DNA of 64,000 bases from an uncultured Candidatus Saccharibacteria bacterium (GTDB lineage: Bacteria > Patescibacteriota > Minisyncoccia > Phycocordibacterales > UBA918), in assembly GCA_964350985.1 (NCBI GenBank), contig CAYGLK010000002.1:229406-293405 (forward strand). Reading direction: 5' to 3'. The notes beneath the pieces were generated by a model. It was not told the origin of the DNA. It saw nothing but the letters and a program-made list of their open reading frames with translations, and made no database searches. A program made the translations under genes and the position numbers. Of this stretch, positions 38,687 to 49,135 are shown piece by piece; position 1 is the first letter of the stretch, and every line of letters starts with the position of its first letter.

Positions 38687-40492
38687 ATGGGACTTTTTGA
38701 TTTTCTAAAACCACAACCACAAAATAACTTTGGTACATCAAACACAGACCTTGGTGATCACTTAATGACACTAACTGATGTTATTGCCCCCTCAGCAATC
38801 AACATCAGTCCCCGAAACATTAATATGAGCGGCATGAATGCCCGGGTGCTATATGCGGTGGCCTACCCAAGGTTTTTAAATGATAGTTGGATGGAGCCGG
38901 TTTTAAATCTTGAAAAAGAATTAGATGTTTCTATAGTCATTCACCCAATCGACACCTCAGAAACCTTAAAAAAATTCCAAAAAAAAGTGGCTGAAGTGCA
39001 AAGTCAGATCAACATCAAAGCTGAGCGCGGGGAAGTACGTGACCCACAACTAGAAGCAGCTTACAGAAACCTGGAAGATTTACGCGATAAGCTGCAACAG
39101 TCAGAAGAAAAGCTTTTTGACGTTGGTTTTTATATTACTCTTTATGGAGAAGACGATGCTGCTTTAAACAAAGCAGAGACTGACCTCAAGGGGATATTAG
39201 ATTCACGACTTATTTATCTAAAGCCGGCTTTGTTTCAACAAGAACAAGGTATCCAGAGTGTTTTACCTCTAGCAACAGACCAGCTCTTGGTACACAGTAA
39301 ATTTAATTCTTCACCACTATCCAGCTTTTTTCCCTTTACTTCTTTTGACCTTACCTCTGACAATGGAATCTTGTACGGTATTAATCGACACAACTCATCA
39401 CTAGTACTTTTGGATCGTTTTTCACTGACCAACTATAACTCAGTAACTTTTGCCACCTCAGGAGCTGGAAAATCTTATGCTCTAAAGCTCGAAATTCTTC
39501 GTTCACTGATGTTTGGGACTGAAGTGATTGTACTTGACCCAGAAAGGGAATACGAATACTTAGCTGAAGCTACGGGTGGTCGCTTTTTCAATATCTCTCT
39601 TTCTTCTGATCACCACATCAATCCTTTTGACCTACCGCCACCGCAGCCAGACGAAAGCCCTAAAGATATTCTTCGCAGTCATGTGATTGAGTTAATCGGC
39701 CTTTTCAGACTGATGCTTGGTGGACTGAGTCCGGAAGAAGAAACTGTACTTGACTTAGCTATTCAAGAAACTTACGCCTTAAAAGATATTACTGGGGACT
39801 CAGACTTTAGTGACCAAGAATCCCCGATGCTATCAGACTTTGAGATGGTTTTGGCTGGAATGGATGGAAGCTCATCTTTGATTGCCCGCTTACAAAAGTA
39901 TACCTCTGGTACCTGGTCTGGTTTTATGAACAAACCTACCAACGTCGACATCAATCAAAAGTTTGTGGTCTTTTCACTTAGAGACATGGAAGAAGAACTG
40001 AAGACAATTGCAATGTATATTATTACCAACTTTATTTGGGGCTCTGTTAGACGACGTATAGTGAAGCGCTTGCTCGTGATTGATGAAGCTTGGTGGATGA
40101 TGAAATCTGAAGACACTGCTTCTTTCTTGTTTAGTCTGGCTAAGCGTGGACGAAAGTATTACTTAGGTATTGCCACTATCACTCAGGATGTAGACGACTT
40201 CCTACGCTCTCCTTACGGAGTTCCGATGATCACCAACTCTTCTTTGCAGTTTTTGATGAAACAATCACCAACCGCTATTGATAACATCCAAAGAACTTTC
40301 AATCTTACTGATGAGGAGAAGTTCTTACTGCTTGAATCAGGAGTTGGGGAAGGAATTTTCTTTGCTGGACTTAAACATGTGGCAGTAAAAGTCATCGCTT
40401 CATACACAGAAGATCAGATCATCACCTCAGATCCTTCACAAATTCTCCAGATTAAAAAGGCTAGAGAGGAACTGCAAGCTTCACGTTCGTAG
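38687..40492 (+). CDS. VirB4/TraC-like secretion ATPase
   Basis: ATSGAGKS, LDPERE, INPFD, VIDEAW, RGRKY, ITQDV. Confidence 0.9.
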   Translation: MGLFDFLKPQPQNNFGTSNTDLGDHLMTLTDVIAPSAINISPRNINMSGMNARVLYAVAYPRFLNDSWMEPVLNLEKELDVSIVIHPIDTSETLKKFQKKVAEVQSQINIKAERGEVRDPQLEAAYRNLEDLRDKLQQSEEKLFDVGFYITLYGEDDAALNKAETDLKGILDSRLIYLKPALFQQEQGIQSVLPLATDQLLVHSKFNSSPLSSFFPFTSFDLTSDNGILYGINRHNSSLVLLDRFSLTNYNSVTFATSGAGKSYALKLEILRSLMFGTEVIVLDPEREYEYLAEATGGRFFNISLSSDHHINPFDLPPPQPDESPKDILRSHVIELIGLFRLMLGGLSPEEETVLDLAIQETYALKDITGDSDFSDQESPMLSDFEMVLAGMDGSSSLIARLQKYTSGTWSGFMNKPTNVDINQKFVVFSLRDMEEELKTIAMYIITNFIWGSVRRRIVKRLLVIDEAWWMMKSEDTASFLFSLAKRGRKYYLGIATITQDVDDFLRSPYGVPMITNSSLQFLMKQSPTAIDNIQRTFNLTDEEKFLLLESGVGEGIFFAGLKHVAVKVIASYTEDQIITSDPSQILQIKKAREELQASRS

Positions 40493-40500
40493 TATACTGA

Positions 40501-41640
40501 TTGGATATGGCTGCTCCAGCACCACAACCAAAAAATTCTAGAGACTATAGACGGTCCAGGGGGAGATCTAAGGAAACTCTTAGATCACGCTGGGGAGGGA
40601 AAGGTCAGCGTGAAAAAATAGGAATTAATGACGACTTCCAATATCTAGAGGATCAGGAATTGACACAAAATGCTTCTAGTGACCAGATTTTTAAGGATAA
40701 TTACCGAAAGCGAGGGATTCAGGCTGGGAACTTTAATTACCGAGCTGAACAAAATGCTGCAGCTAATGATTCTGACTCAAAAGAAACCCAAAATGAACCC
40801 TACGTTATTCCTCGATCTAGAGGAATAACACAAGTTCGACGTGAAGAAAGAAGAGTCAGTAATAATTCACCATATCCCCAAGCAACTGAATCATCACCAA
40901 ACCCGTCCGTGGACGAAGTTTTTAATGCATCTTACCAAAATCAAGGTATTCAAGCACAAGATTTAGCTAGTCCAATTAAAAAAGTCGTTGATAAAACCGG
41001 GTCAGATTATCAAACAAAATATCAATCTCGAGAAAATAACGAAAGTAAAAGAAATTTTCGGGCGAAAACAAATTTTCCTAAAATTAATGATGCCAAACTA
41101 CCTAGAGAAATACCTAAAAAACCTAAATTTAAAGCTAATAGTAAGGTCAAAAAAGCTTTGGCCAAAAGTAAGGCTTCGGCCGCTAGTACTAGTATTTTTG
41201 TGTGGTATGGAAACCTTTGGTTTTGGGTACAATTGCCAATTGTTATAGTTAGTATTGTCGGTCTTGCTCTAGCTACTGGAACAGAGTCAAATGCTATTGG
41301 ATTTTTAGACACAGTATCTAGACTTGGTATTTCAGGAGATGTCTTGGCTATAACTGAATTTTTTACTGGCAGAGATTTGAGTCTTGCTGGCGCTCTTGAA
41401 GCAACTGGATTAGGTTTATTTTTCCTTTGTTACATTACTACTTTAGCGATTGGTGCTATTGCTTTCATGGCTATGTATCTACAGTACACATTCAGTCTTA
41501 GCAACTGCCTTTCTGGGAACCGACAAAGCCTAAAAACAAACTCTCTTCTAATAGTTTTTTTAGGTTATCTTACTCCAGGACTTAATATTCTACCGTGGCT
41601 ATTTGTTTGGGTTATTGTTGTCTGGATGTACCCAGAATAA
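40501..41640 (+). CDS. Hypothetical membrane protein with basic disordered N-terminus
   Basis: R/K/N-rich N-terminal ~230 aa, several C-terminal TMs. Confidence 0.65.
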   Translation: MDMAAPAPQPKNSRDYRRSRGRSKETLRSRWGGKGQREKIGINDDFQYLEDQELTQNASSDQIFKDNYRKRGIQAGNFNYRAEQNAAANDSDSKETQNEPYVIPRSRGITQVRREERRVSNNSPYPQATESSPNPSVDEVFNASYQNQGIQAQDLASPIKKVVDKTGSDYQTKYQSRENNESKRNFRAKTNFPKINDAKLPREIPKKPKFKANSKVKKALAKSKASAASTSIFVWYGNLWFWVQLPIVIVSIVGLALATGTESNAIGFLDTVSRLGISGDVLAITEFFTGRDLSLAGALEATGLGLFFLCYITTLAIGAIAFMAMYLQYTFSLSNCLSGNRQSLKTNSLLIVFLGYLTPGLNILPWLFVWVIVVWMYPE

Positions 41641-41685
41641 TCATAAATCCGCTTTCTCTAAGAATTTATTTGTTATCATATAGTA

Positions 41686-42645
41686 GTGAAGTATATTTTC
41701 TTATTCTTAGCCCTAATATTAGTATCTCCGTTTACTGCTTTAGGTCAATTTGATGGTGGAATAATCCCCTCTGGTGCCACACTTGAATTAAATCCTCAAA
41801 ATCCGGCGCCAGACAGTCCTTTTTCTGTGACTATAAACGATTACTCCGTACCTGGACAAACTAGTTCGATTATCTGGCGCGTTGATGGTCAGGTTATTGT
41901 AGAGGCTGAGAACTCTCGCCGCATTGATTTGACCAGTAAAGGTTCTGGGGAAGCGACAGTGGTTGAAGCAACCCTAGGACGGAGCGGTGGAGGTAATATC
42001 GTAATAAAGCAGACAGTAACTCCTTTATACTTAGATGTAATCATCGAAGCTCAAACTCGTTCTCCTGGTTTTTATACGGGCAGAAGTTTGCCTAGTGTCG
42101 GTAGCACTATTAACGCTACCGCTATACTTAGCAGCAACTTAGCGCCGAGCGACTTAGTATATTTATGGGAAGCCGGTGATAAAGTAATTGACGGTGGGCC
42201 ACTTCGAGGGAGAAATCGTATTTCGGCCACTGTCCCTTCTGGGCAAGTCTTCTTAATTAAAGTTGAAGTAAGAAAAACAAACGGAGATTTTGTTGCCTCT
42301 AGATTGGTTCAAGTTCGGACTTTTTCTCCTGAGATTTATTTCTATGAAAAGAGCTCTCTCTATGGAGTAAATAATAAGCCCATTAGTAGCTTTGGTCTGA
42401 TTGGGGCTAGCGCCACGATTGTTGCTGAACCATACAACCTGGACATTAAGACTTTCAATTCCCCGCCACTCTTAGTGTGGGAAGTTGACGGAAAAGAAAC
42501 TTCTACCACTTTAGGTAACCCTTACGAGATTACCTTAGCGAGACCTGAAGGAGTAGCCTCTGGAGCCTCAGCTATAAACTTCCATGTCCGTAACTTAACT
42601 AATCTACTTCAGGGGGCAAAAGGTAGCTTCCGAATTAATTTTTAA
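41686..42645 (+). CDS. Hypothetical exported beta-rich (Ig-like) protein
   Basis: Signal peptide; repeated W-x-V-D-G strands. Confidence 0.7.
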   Translation: MKYIFLFLALILVSPFTALGQFDGGIIPSGATLELNPQNPAPDSPFSVTINDYSVPGQTSSIIWRVDGQVIVEAENSRRIDLTSKGSGEATVVEATLGRSGGGNIVIKQTVTPLYLDVIIEAQTRSPGFYTGRSLPSVGSTINATAILSSNLAPSDLVYLWEAGDKVIDGGPLRGRNRISATVPSGQVFLIKVEVRKTNGDFVASRLVQVRTFSPEIYFYEKSSLYGVNNKPISSFGLIGASATIVAEPYNLDIKTFNSPPLLVWEVDGKETSTTLGNPYEITLARPEGVASGASAINFHVRNLTNLLQGAKGSFRINF

Positions 42646-42646
42646 A

Positions 42647-43828
42647 ATGAAAAAACCTCTTCTCATAATTATTGCAGCTTCAATTGGTCTAATAGTAATT
42701 TTGATCTGGATTTACTTGATGTTTTTTAACAAAAACGTCACTCCAGAAAATATTTTCACCGGCTTCCTAAACGGGGAAGAAGACACTTCATTAGACACAA
42801 CCCCGCCGCCACAAATCATAGACAACAATCAAGTAAACCTCGAGCGACAGGCTCTTCGACAGTTAACCACAAGGCCGGTTGCGTCGTTTCGAGAGGTAAA
42901 ACAGTCAGCGAGCAGCAGCCCAGAACTCTATTATGTAGAAATGGGCACTGGTCATATTTACAGTATCAATACTGAAACTGGTGAAGAAAAACGATTGTCT
43001 GGTAGCACAGTTGCTCAAGCTAATGCGGCTGCTATTTCAACTAACGGAGACTACTTTGCCATTTCTTCTTACAATAATGATGGTAGCAAACGCTTAACAG
43101 TGGGTTGGCTTGATAGGGAAAACAATTTTCTAGAGGAACGTCTAGTTGAGGCAGTGCATGACTTCTCTATCGGAATAAGTGATGAACTCCTCTACACTAC
43201 AGCTGGCAATAACGGCCTTTTGGCATATAGCTACAACCTTGAGACAGCTGCTAAACAATTAATGTTCTCTCTACCCTTTTTTGAAGCTAAGATGCAGTGG
43301 GGAACAAGCTCTGCAGCTGCCCATTTTGTTTACCCAAAAAGCTCATTTGCTGCGACTGGTTTTTTATATGAAATTAAAAATGGAAAGTTAGTTCGTCTTC
43401 CACTTTCTGGTTACGGTTTTTCAGCTTTAACGACCAGTAAATACGTACTTTACACAAAACTACATGAAGAAAAACCAACCAGTTTCTTTTTTGATAGAGC
43501 TACTGGTATTTCTACACCTATTACAATAGATGTTCTACCAGAAAAGTGTTCCGCTATCGAAACACTTACAGTCTTTGTTTGTCCACGAGACAGGGCGACA
43601 CCACTACCATATGAAACTCCTGACGAGTGGTATAAGGGTAACCTAGGTTTTAAAGATGCTGTTTGGCAACTCAATCCAGCCAACGTTCCTGGAGGGATCA
43701 TTTTTGACACTTTAGACACTGGTCGAGAAATTGATATTATTAAACTTGATGATAATTTGGATCTTACTGCCTTTTTCTTTACCAACAAAAATGATAATAC
43801 CCTCTGGATGTATGAATTATATGAATAA
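42647..43828 (+). CDS. Hypothetical anchored beta-propeller-like protein
   Basis: N-terminal TM; TGHIYSI, LPEKC, FFFTNKNDNTLW. Confidence 0.65.
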   Translation: MKKPLLIIIAASIGLIVILIWIYLMFFNKNVTPENIFTGFLNGEEDTSLDTTPPPQIIDNNQVNLERQALRQLTTRPVASFREVKQSASSSPELYYVEMGTGHIYSINTETGEEKRLSGSTVAQANAAAISTNGDYFAISSYNNDGSKRLTVGWLDRENNFLEERLVEAVHDFSIGISDELLYTTAGNNGLLAYSYNLETAAKQLMFSLPFFEAKMQWGTSSAAAHFVYPKSSFAATGFLYEIKNGKLVRLPLSGYGFSALTTSKYVLYTKLHEEKPTSFFFDRATGISTPITIDVLPEKCSAIETLTVFVCPRDRATPLPYETPDEWYKGNLGFKDAVWQLNPANVPGGIIFDTLDTGREIDIIKLDDNLDLTAFFFTNKNDNTLWMYELYE

Positions 43829-44750
43829 AACAATTTTTTCGATATTTGTTTTAGGTTTGGTTTTCATTCCTTTTATTTCCTGGGCACAAACTGCTCCAGA
43901 AACAGTTACTGAGTGTATAGGAGAGGGAGATGATGCTTTTTACTTAAATTTACGTGAATGTTCAAGGGAAATTGAAATCTGTAAATTAGGTCTTGGAACT
44001 AATCCAATTTTAGATACTTCAGTGACCCCAAATACTGTGACTTGTACTCAATCTGGTTTAGTGCCGACAAACCCTACTCCTGTAGACCCCTACAGTAATG
44101 GAAAATTTGTACCTCTAGTAGGAATTCCTGGAGTTAATGCAGACGCAAATATTAATGATTACATTAATGCACTTTACGCACTATCAATTAGTCTAGCTGC
44201 TCTTCTGGCCGTGATTAAGATCATCATTGCTGGAGTAAAGTGGATGTTATCTGATATGGTTACTACCATATCAGACGCTAAGAAAGATATTCAAGGTGCT
44301 CTACTCGGACTTTTAATTGTGATTTCAGCCGTAGTGGTTCTGAACTTTATTAACCCACAACTGACAGAAACTGATGTATTTCTAGCTCCAGTGGGACAAA
44401 GTGCTAATAATACTAGTGAAACAAATACCACCCCGGAACAACCAACTCTTTTTTGCTCTTCAGCTACGACCTGTGCAGAACTTAATGCCAGATGTCGGGT
44501 GGTTGGTGGCAATCCCACAACTCTTCCTTCTATTGAAGAAGGGGATGGAGGAACGGTCACTTGCGACAAACCCTTTGGTCCACCATTACCACCTCGGACA
44601 ACTATTGTTTTCCCTTGTAACTATACTGGTGATGACCCTTGTTTGGGTGCTATATCTGCTTGCGATAGAAAGGCCGGAAGTACCTATGTTACAAGATTGG
44701 TGGTTGAAGAAGATAAACTAGAGCTGATTTGTAGTTTTCCTGCGGAGTAA
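43821..44750 (+). CDS. VirB2/TrbC-like pilin domain with Cys-rich extensions
   Basis: Signal peptide; LAALLAVIKIIIAGVKWM..DAKKDIQGALLGLLIVISAVVVLNFINP; many paired Cys; ATG 43821 preferred. Confidence 0.7.
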   Translation: MNKTIFSIFVLGLVFIPFISWAQTAPETVTECIGEGDDAFYLNLRECSREIEICKLGLGTNPILDTSVTPNTVTCTQSGLVPTNPTPVDPYSNGKFVPLVGIPGVNADANINDYINALYALSISLAALLAVIKIIIAGVKWMLSDMVTTISDAKKDIQGALLGLLIVISAVVVLNFINPQLTETDVFLAPVGQSANNTSETNTTPEQPTLFCSSATTCAELNARCRVVGGNPTTLPSIEEGDGGTVTCDKPFGPPLPPRTTIVFPCNYTGDDPCLGAISACDRKAGSTYVTRLVVEEDKLELICSFPAE

Positions 44751-44754
44751 CGAA

Positions 44755-44801
44755 ACTTAAAAAACAGGCACTTCCGGAAGGAAGTGCCTGTTTTTTAAGT
44801 T
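44755..44801. terminator. Bidirectional terminator
   Basis: AAAAAACAGGCACTTCC-GGAA-GGAAGTGCCTGTTTTTT between convergent genes. Confidence 0.85.
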
Positions 44802-44814
44802 TTAAATTTTACTC

Positions 44815-45543
44815 TTATCTATGTTTTTTAACGTAGATCTCTTGAGCAATAGCAACTAAGTTACTAACGAAGAAGTAGAGGGCGATAGCAGAAGAAATAG
44901 TGTAGGCCACAACAAAAATAATTATTGGCATCACGTAGCGCATTTGCATTTGCATATTGCGACCAAAATCCGCCTTGAAGTCTGGCGCAGCATTTGGGTC
45001 TCGTGGCGCTAGCGCAGGCATGGCTAGCTTTACCTGGTAGTACTGGGTGATTCCAGCTAAAGCAGCCAAAAGTAGACTCCTGCCAGTAATATCAATCAGT
45101 CCTAAGAAGTTCATATTCACAATCTCTGGTGCTGCAATAAAAGCATAGAGCACATCGAGATTGATAGCCGGTAAGGCAACACCGCCACCACTATAGACAG
45201 AGAAGTAGAGGGCAATTAGAATTGGGATTTGGAGGAAAATTAAAAAGATACTGGCAAAAGGATTCATTCCAGCATCTCGATAAATCTTCATCATCGCCAC
45301 CGCTTGCTCTTCACGCTTATCTTTCAGGGTTTCTTTAATCTCTTTTAGCTTAGGTTCGATCTCACGCATGATCCGCTGGGTCTTTGCAGCTTTGATTGAA
45401 AGGGGAAGTAAGATTGTCTTTACCACAATAACAATTGCGATAATCGCTAGTCCAACGTCACCTCCAGGAATTATGTCAATAAAAAAGACCAGTCCGTTGT
45501 AAACTGGATCAAAAAAGAATGTGTGCCAAATATAATTAAACAT
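44815..45543 (-). CDS. yidC: Membrane protein insertase YidC (short form)
   Basis: GLAIIAI..VKTILLPL, QIPILIALY, ALYFFVSN; adjacent to rnpA. Confidence 0.92.
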   Translation of the reverse strand: MFNYIWHTFFFDPVYNGLVFFIDIIPGGDVGLAIIAIVIVVKTILLPLSIKAAKTQRIMREIEPKLKEIKETLKDKREEQAVAMMKIYRDAGMNPFASIFLIFLQIPILIALYFSVYSGGGVALPAINLDVLYAFIAAPEIVNMNFLGLIDITGRSLLLAALAGITQYYQVKLAMPALAPRDPNAAPDFKADFGRNMQMQMRYVMPIIIFVVAYTISSAIALYFFVSNLVAIAQEIYVKKHR

Positions 45544-45559
45544 AGAAGCTATTTTACCT

Positions 45560-45886
45560 TTAATTCAGCGCCCGTCCAATTTCCTTAGTCATATTTTCAG
45601 TAAAAAGCTTTTTACTTAACTTAGAAACCTCTGGTTTTGCAATAATAATATAGACCCCTTTTAACTCTTTCTCTACTCGTAAGATATCCAAGATCCCATA
45701 AATACGCCTACGAATAGAGTTTCTTTTAACCGCACTTTTAGACACTTTCTTACCCACAACAACAGACCCAAACAAGGTTGGGGCAGGGTAGTTAATTATA
45801 GTGGCGTAAGTTCCATTGATTCTTTTACCTTTTTTAAAGTAGTTAGAGAAACTAGAACGGTCTAAACGTTCGGTCTTTTTAAGCAT
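45560..45886 (-). CDS. rnpA: RNase P protein component
   Basis: VVGKKVSKSAVKRNSIRRR. Confidence 0.92.
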   Translation of the reverse strand: MLKKTERLDRSSFSNYFKKGKRINGTYATIINYPAPTLFGSVVVGKKVSKSAVKRNSIRRRIYGILDILRVEKELKGVYIIIAKPEVSKLSKKLFTENMTKEIGRALN

Positions 45887-45940
45887 AACTTATGTATTAT
45901 ACTGCATCCTGCTCTTCGAAAAGAGATACAAAAAAAGCTC

Positions 45941-46090
45941 TTATCGAGCTTTTTTCACCGTTAGTTGTGCGCGTCCTTTCCTTCGTCTTGCTTGCAATAC
46001 TTTTGATCCAGCAGTTGTAGCACTCCGCACCAAAAAGCCGTGCGTAGTGGCTCGTTTTTGTTTACTTGGCTGGTAGGTTCTTTTACTCAT
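45941..46090 (-). CDS. rpmH: 50S ribosomal protein L34
   Basis: Hand translation [49 protein letters not shown]. Confidence 0.95.
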   Translation of the reverse strand: MSKRTYQPSKQKRATTHGFLVRSATTAGSKVLQARRRKGRAQLTVKKAR

Positions 46091-46204
46091 ATGGCAACTA
46101 CTATACATGAACCCTGTAATAATTCAATAGGGGACCAGGTCTAGGATGACCCAAACCTCAAGCTGATAGTGGGGGTCCTTCCTTAGACAAGACCTCAAGA
46201 TAGT

Positions 46205-46224
46205 TTATTCACAGTTTATACACA
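46205..46224 (+). promoter_or_regulatory. Two tandem DnaA boxes upstream of dnaA
   Basis: TTATTCACA (46205-46213), TTATACACA (46216-46224). Confidence 0.8.
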
Positions 46225-46339
46225 GTTGCATTTTTTGGAGAAGAAAAGAGGGTACCAATAGTAGGATTTTTACGAAATATTTTACAGCTGAGTTTATGAG
46301 AGTATAATGCTATTTACTGTTTAGATTTTTTGAATCGTT

Positions 46340-47725
46340 ATGAACCCAATATCACATCCTTCTTCAACAAATAGTATCGTTCGCACAGAACATATTGACG
46401 TTAAAAAGTTGTGGGATGACGCCTTGGTAAAAATCGAACTTTCAATTACTCCAGCCAACTTCAAAACCTGGTTCCGAGACACTTATATTTTGACTCTTGA
46501 AGACGGAACCGCTACCTTAGCTGTACCTAGTGTTTTTGTTCGTGACTGGCTACAAGACAAATTCCAATCTATGATCCTAAAGACACTAAGAGACCTTTCT
46601 CCTTATATACGGAGTGTTGAATATGAGGTTGTCCAAAGAAACGACCGTCGCAGCGAAACAAATAAAACTCAAACCGTAAATGCAGCACTGCCACTAGAGG
46701 AATACTACATCAATAAAAACGATAATCTTAATCCAAAGTATTCTTTTGAGAACTTTGTTATCGGACCCTATAACGCCCTAGCACACGCCGCTGCAAAAAC
46801 CGTTAGTGAGAAGCCTGGAATCGCTTATAACCCACTATTTATTTACGGAAAGACTGGTCACGGAAAGACTCACTTGATCCAGGCAGTAGGGAACCAAATT
46901 AAAAAAACTGGAAAGAAAGTATTTTATGTTACCAGTGAACGTTTTGCAGTTGATTACTTCAACTCCCTCCAGAGCGGTAGTGCTAACAGCTTTAAAGATA
47001 AGTACCGACAGTACGATGTCTTGATCATGGACGATGTTCAGTTTTTGGCCAGTAAAGAAAAAACTCAAGAGGAACTTTTCCATCTTTTTAATGCTTTGCA
47101 TGACACCAATAAACAAATTGTTTTCTCCAGTGATATTCATCCAGCTCTTCTCTCTGGTCTAGAAGAAAGACTACAGTCTAGATTTGCTCAAGGAATGATT
47201 GTTGATATTCCAGCCCCTGACCTAGAGTCTAGAGCCGCTATCCTGAAAGCAAAAGCAGCTCAAAACAGTATTGTTTTAGCTGATGATGTAGTAGACCACC
47301 TGGCTCAAACAATCGAAGGTAACATTCGCGAACTGGAAGGGGCTTTAAACACCATTATGTGTCAGTCTCAACTCCTGGGACGTACTTTGGTACTAGACGA
47401 AGTTAAAACTATTATCAAAAACAGCTCTCGACCTCGTAAAACTCTAGCTGTTTCAGATGTAGTAGATAAGGTGGCTCGTTACTTTGATATTGACCAAGCT
47501 AGTATCTATGAAAAAACCAGGCGTAAGGAAATTGTCCGCCCGAGACAGATCATTATGTATATCTTAAGAGAGGACTTCGCTGTTTCATATCCTTCAATTG
47601 GTAAAAAACTAGGGGGAAGAGATCATACGACAGTAATTCACTCGTGTGAGAAGATAAAAAACGAACTAAAGTCAAACACCGAGCTTGAGGAAGAGATCAC
47701 CCAGATAAGAATGCTCCTAAAATAA
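46340..47725 (+). CDS. dnaA: Chromosomal replication initiator DnaA
   Basis: YNPLFIYGKTGHGKTHL, MDDVQF, QEELFHLFN, GGRDHTTVIH. Confidence 0.98.
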   Translation: MNPISHPSSTNSIVRTEHIDVKKLWDDALVKIELSITPANFKTWFRDTYILTLEDGTATLAVPSVFVRDWLQDKFQSMILKTLRDLSPYIRSVEYEVVQRNDRRSETNKTQTVNAALPLEEYYINKNDNLNPKYSFENFVIGPYNALAHAAAKTVSEKPGIAYNPLFIYGKTGHGKTHLIQAVGNQIKKTGKKVFYVTSERFAVDYFNSLQSGSANSFKDKYRQYDVLIMDDVQFLASKEKTQEELFHLFNALHDTNKQIVFSSDIHPALLSGLEERLQSRFAQGMIVDIPAPDLESRAAILKAKAAQNSIVLADDVVDHLAQTIEGNIRELEGALNTIMCQSQLLGRTLVLDEVKTIIKNSSRPRKTLAVSDVVDKVARYFDIDQASIYEKTRRKEIVRPRQIIMYILREDFAVSYPSIGKKLGGRDHTTVIHSCEKIKNELKSNTELEEEITQIRMLLK

Positions 47726-47749
47726 AACACCTTCGGGTGTTTTATTTTA

Positions 47750-48039
47750 ACCAAACCAAGGAATATCTAAGCTGGGGTAAATTATGCTAAACTATGTTTA
47801 CAACAAAGAAAAAACTGTTGGTAAGTGTAAAATTTTTGCTAATTTTTATAGAGACCCTGAGGATAAAAAACAGAAGAAAATTAAGATTGGTCACTTGTCC
47901 CCGAGTTGTTAGCGACTAAACCCAACCAACCAACAGGTAGCTGTTAATTAAAGTACTCAAACAAACCAACTAATACAACATACTATTTAGATATGCACAC
48001 TTCCACAACCCTAATAGTAGAGAGTAAAATAGTTTAAAT
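47750..48039. other. Probable oriC unwinding region (dnaA-dnaN intergenic)
   Basis: Degenerate DnaA boxes (TGAGGATAA 47858-47866, ATATGCACA 47991-47999, CTTCCACA) followed by CCC and TAA-TAG-TAG trio-like repeats. Confidence 0.6.
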
Positions 48040-49134
48040 ATGGAAATAATAATCCCTTATACACAACTTGTTAAAGCTCTAGAACTGATCACTAAAATCA
48101 GTATCAAGCATGTGACCTTGCCAGTACTCCAATGTGCCTTGATTACAGTAACTGACAAAATCACTATCAAAGCAACGAACCTGGAATTAAGTATTGAAGT
48201 TGAAGTAAAAGGTGAAATTAAAGAAACAGGAACTATTGCAGTACCTGCAACAACACTACTTCAAAGTATCCAGTACATTAACCAAAGTGATGTGGTGCTC
48301 AGAGTTGAAGATAACGTTCTTTTGATCGAAACAACTCAAACCAATACTTCCATTAAATCAATCAGTGCTGAAGAGTTTCCAAACATCCGTCACTTATCAG
48401 GAGAAAGTGTTAAGTTGAACCGATCATTGTTTGCTTTAGGTATAAAGACTACTGCTTTTGCTGCTTCTCAATCATCTATCAAGCCAGAGCTTGGTAGTGT
48501 TTATATTCAACAAAAAAAAGAACACTCACTTACTTTTGTTTCTACGGACTCTTTCCGTTTGATGGAAAAAACCGTTCCACAAAAAGGGGTTATTTTAAAC
48601 CAGTCGTTTCTAGTTCCTCAAAAAAACGCCATCGAACTTGCTCGTATCTGTGACCTACTTGAAACTGAACCAATGCTGATTGTTACCGAGAATCAGTGCT
48701 CACTAGATTTTACTGAAGAAGGAGTTTATGTGACTTCACGATTGGTTTCTGGTTCTTTCCCTGACTATGAACAAATTATCCCTAAGGAATACGTCACCAA
48801 AGTAACCTTACTTAAAAATGATTTACAGAGCGCTTTTAAGAAAACTTCTATATTCTTAAATAAGTTTATGCAGGTATCACTTACTTTGACCAACAAGGCT
48901 TTGACTGTCTCTTCACAAAATAATGACGTAGGACACATTACAGACACGATCAAGGCTGTTACTAGTGGTGAAGAGCTTTCGTTAAACTTTAATCAACAAT
49001 ATGTTATTGAACCACTCTCACACATTTCAGACGATAGTCTTGTTTTAAATTTTGCTGGAATTGGTCGACCTTTAGTTATTACAGGAGTTTCCGATAATTC
49101 ACTAAGATATTTAGTGATGCCAATGAATCGTTAG
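48040..49134 (+). CDS. dnaN: DNA polymerase III beta clamp
   Basis: ATNLE, STDSFRL, GSFPDYEQIIP, YLVMPM. Confidence 0.97.
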   Translation: MEIIIPYTQLVKALELITKISIKHVTLPVLQCALITVTDKITIKATNLELSIEVEVKGEIKETGTIAVPATTLLQSIQYINQSDVVLRVEDNVLLIETTQTNTSIKSISAEEFPNIRHLSGESVKLNRSLFALGIKTTAFAASQSSIKPELGSVYIQQKKEHSLTFVSTDSFRLMEKTVPQKGVILNQSFLVPQKNAIELARICDLLETEPMLIVTENQCSLDFTEEGVYVTSRLVSGSFPDYEQIIPKEYVTKVTLLKNDLQSAFKKTSIFLNKFMQVSLTLTNKALTVSSQNNDVGHITDTIKAVTSGEELSLNFNQQYVIEPLSHISDDSLVLNFAGIGRPLVITGVSDNSLRYLVMPMNR

Positions 49135-49135
49135 T

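Noticed and set aside
44765-44790. TCCGGAAGGAAG resembles the SRP RNA domain IV loop
   Set aside because: It is a perfect stem with A/T tails between convergent genes and lacks the CAGG/AGCA internal loop; better explained as a terminator
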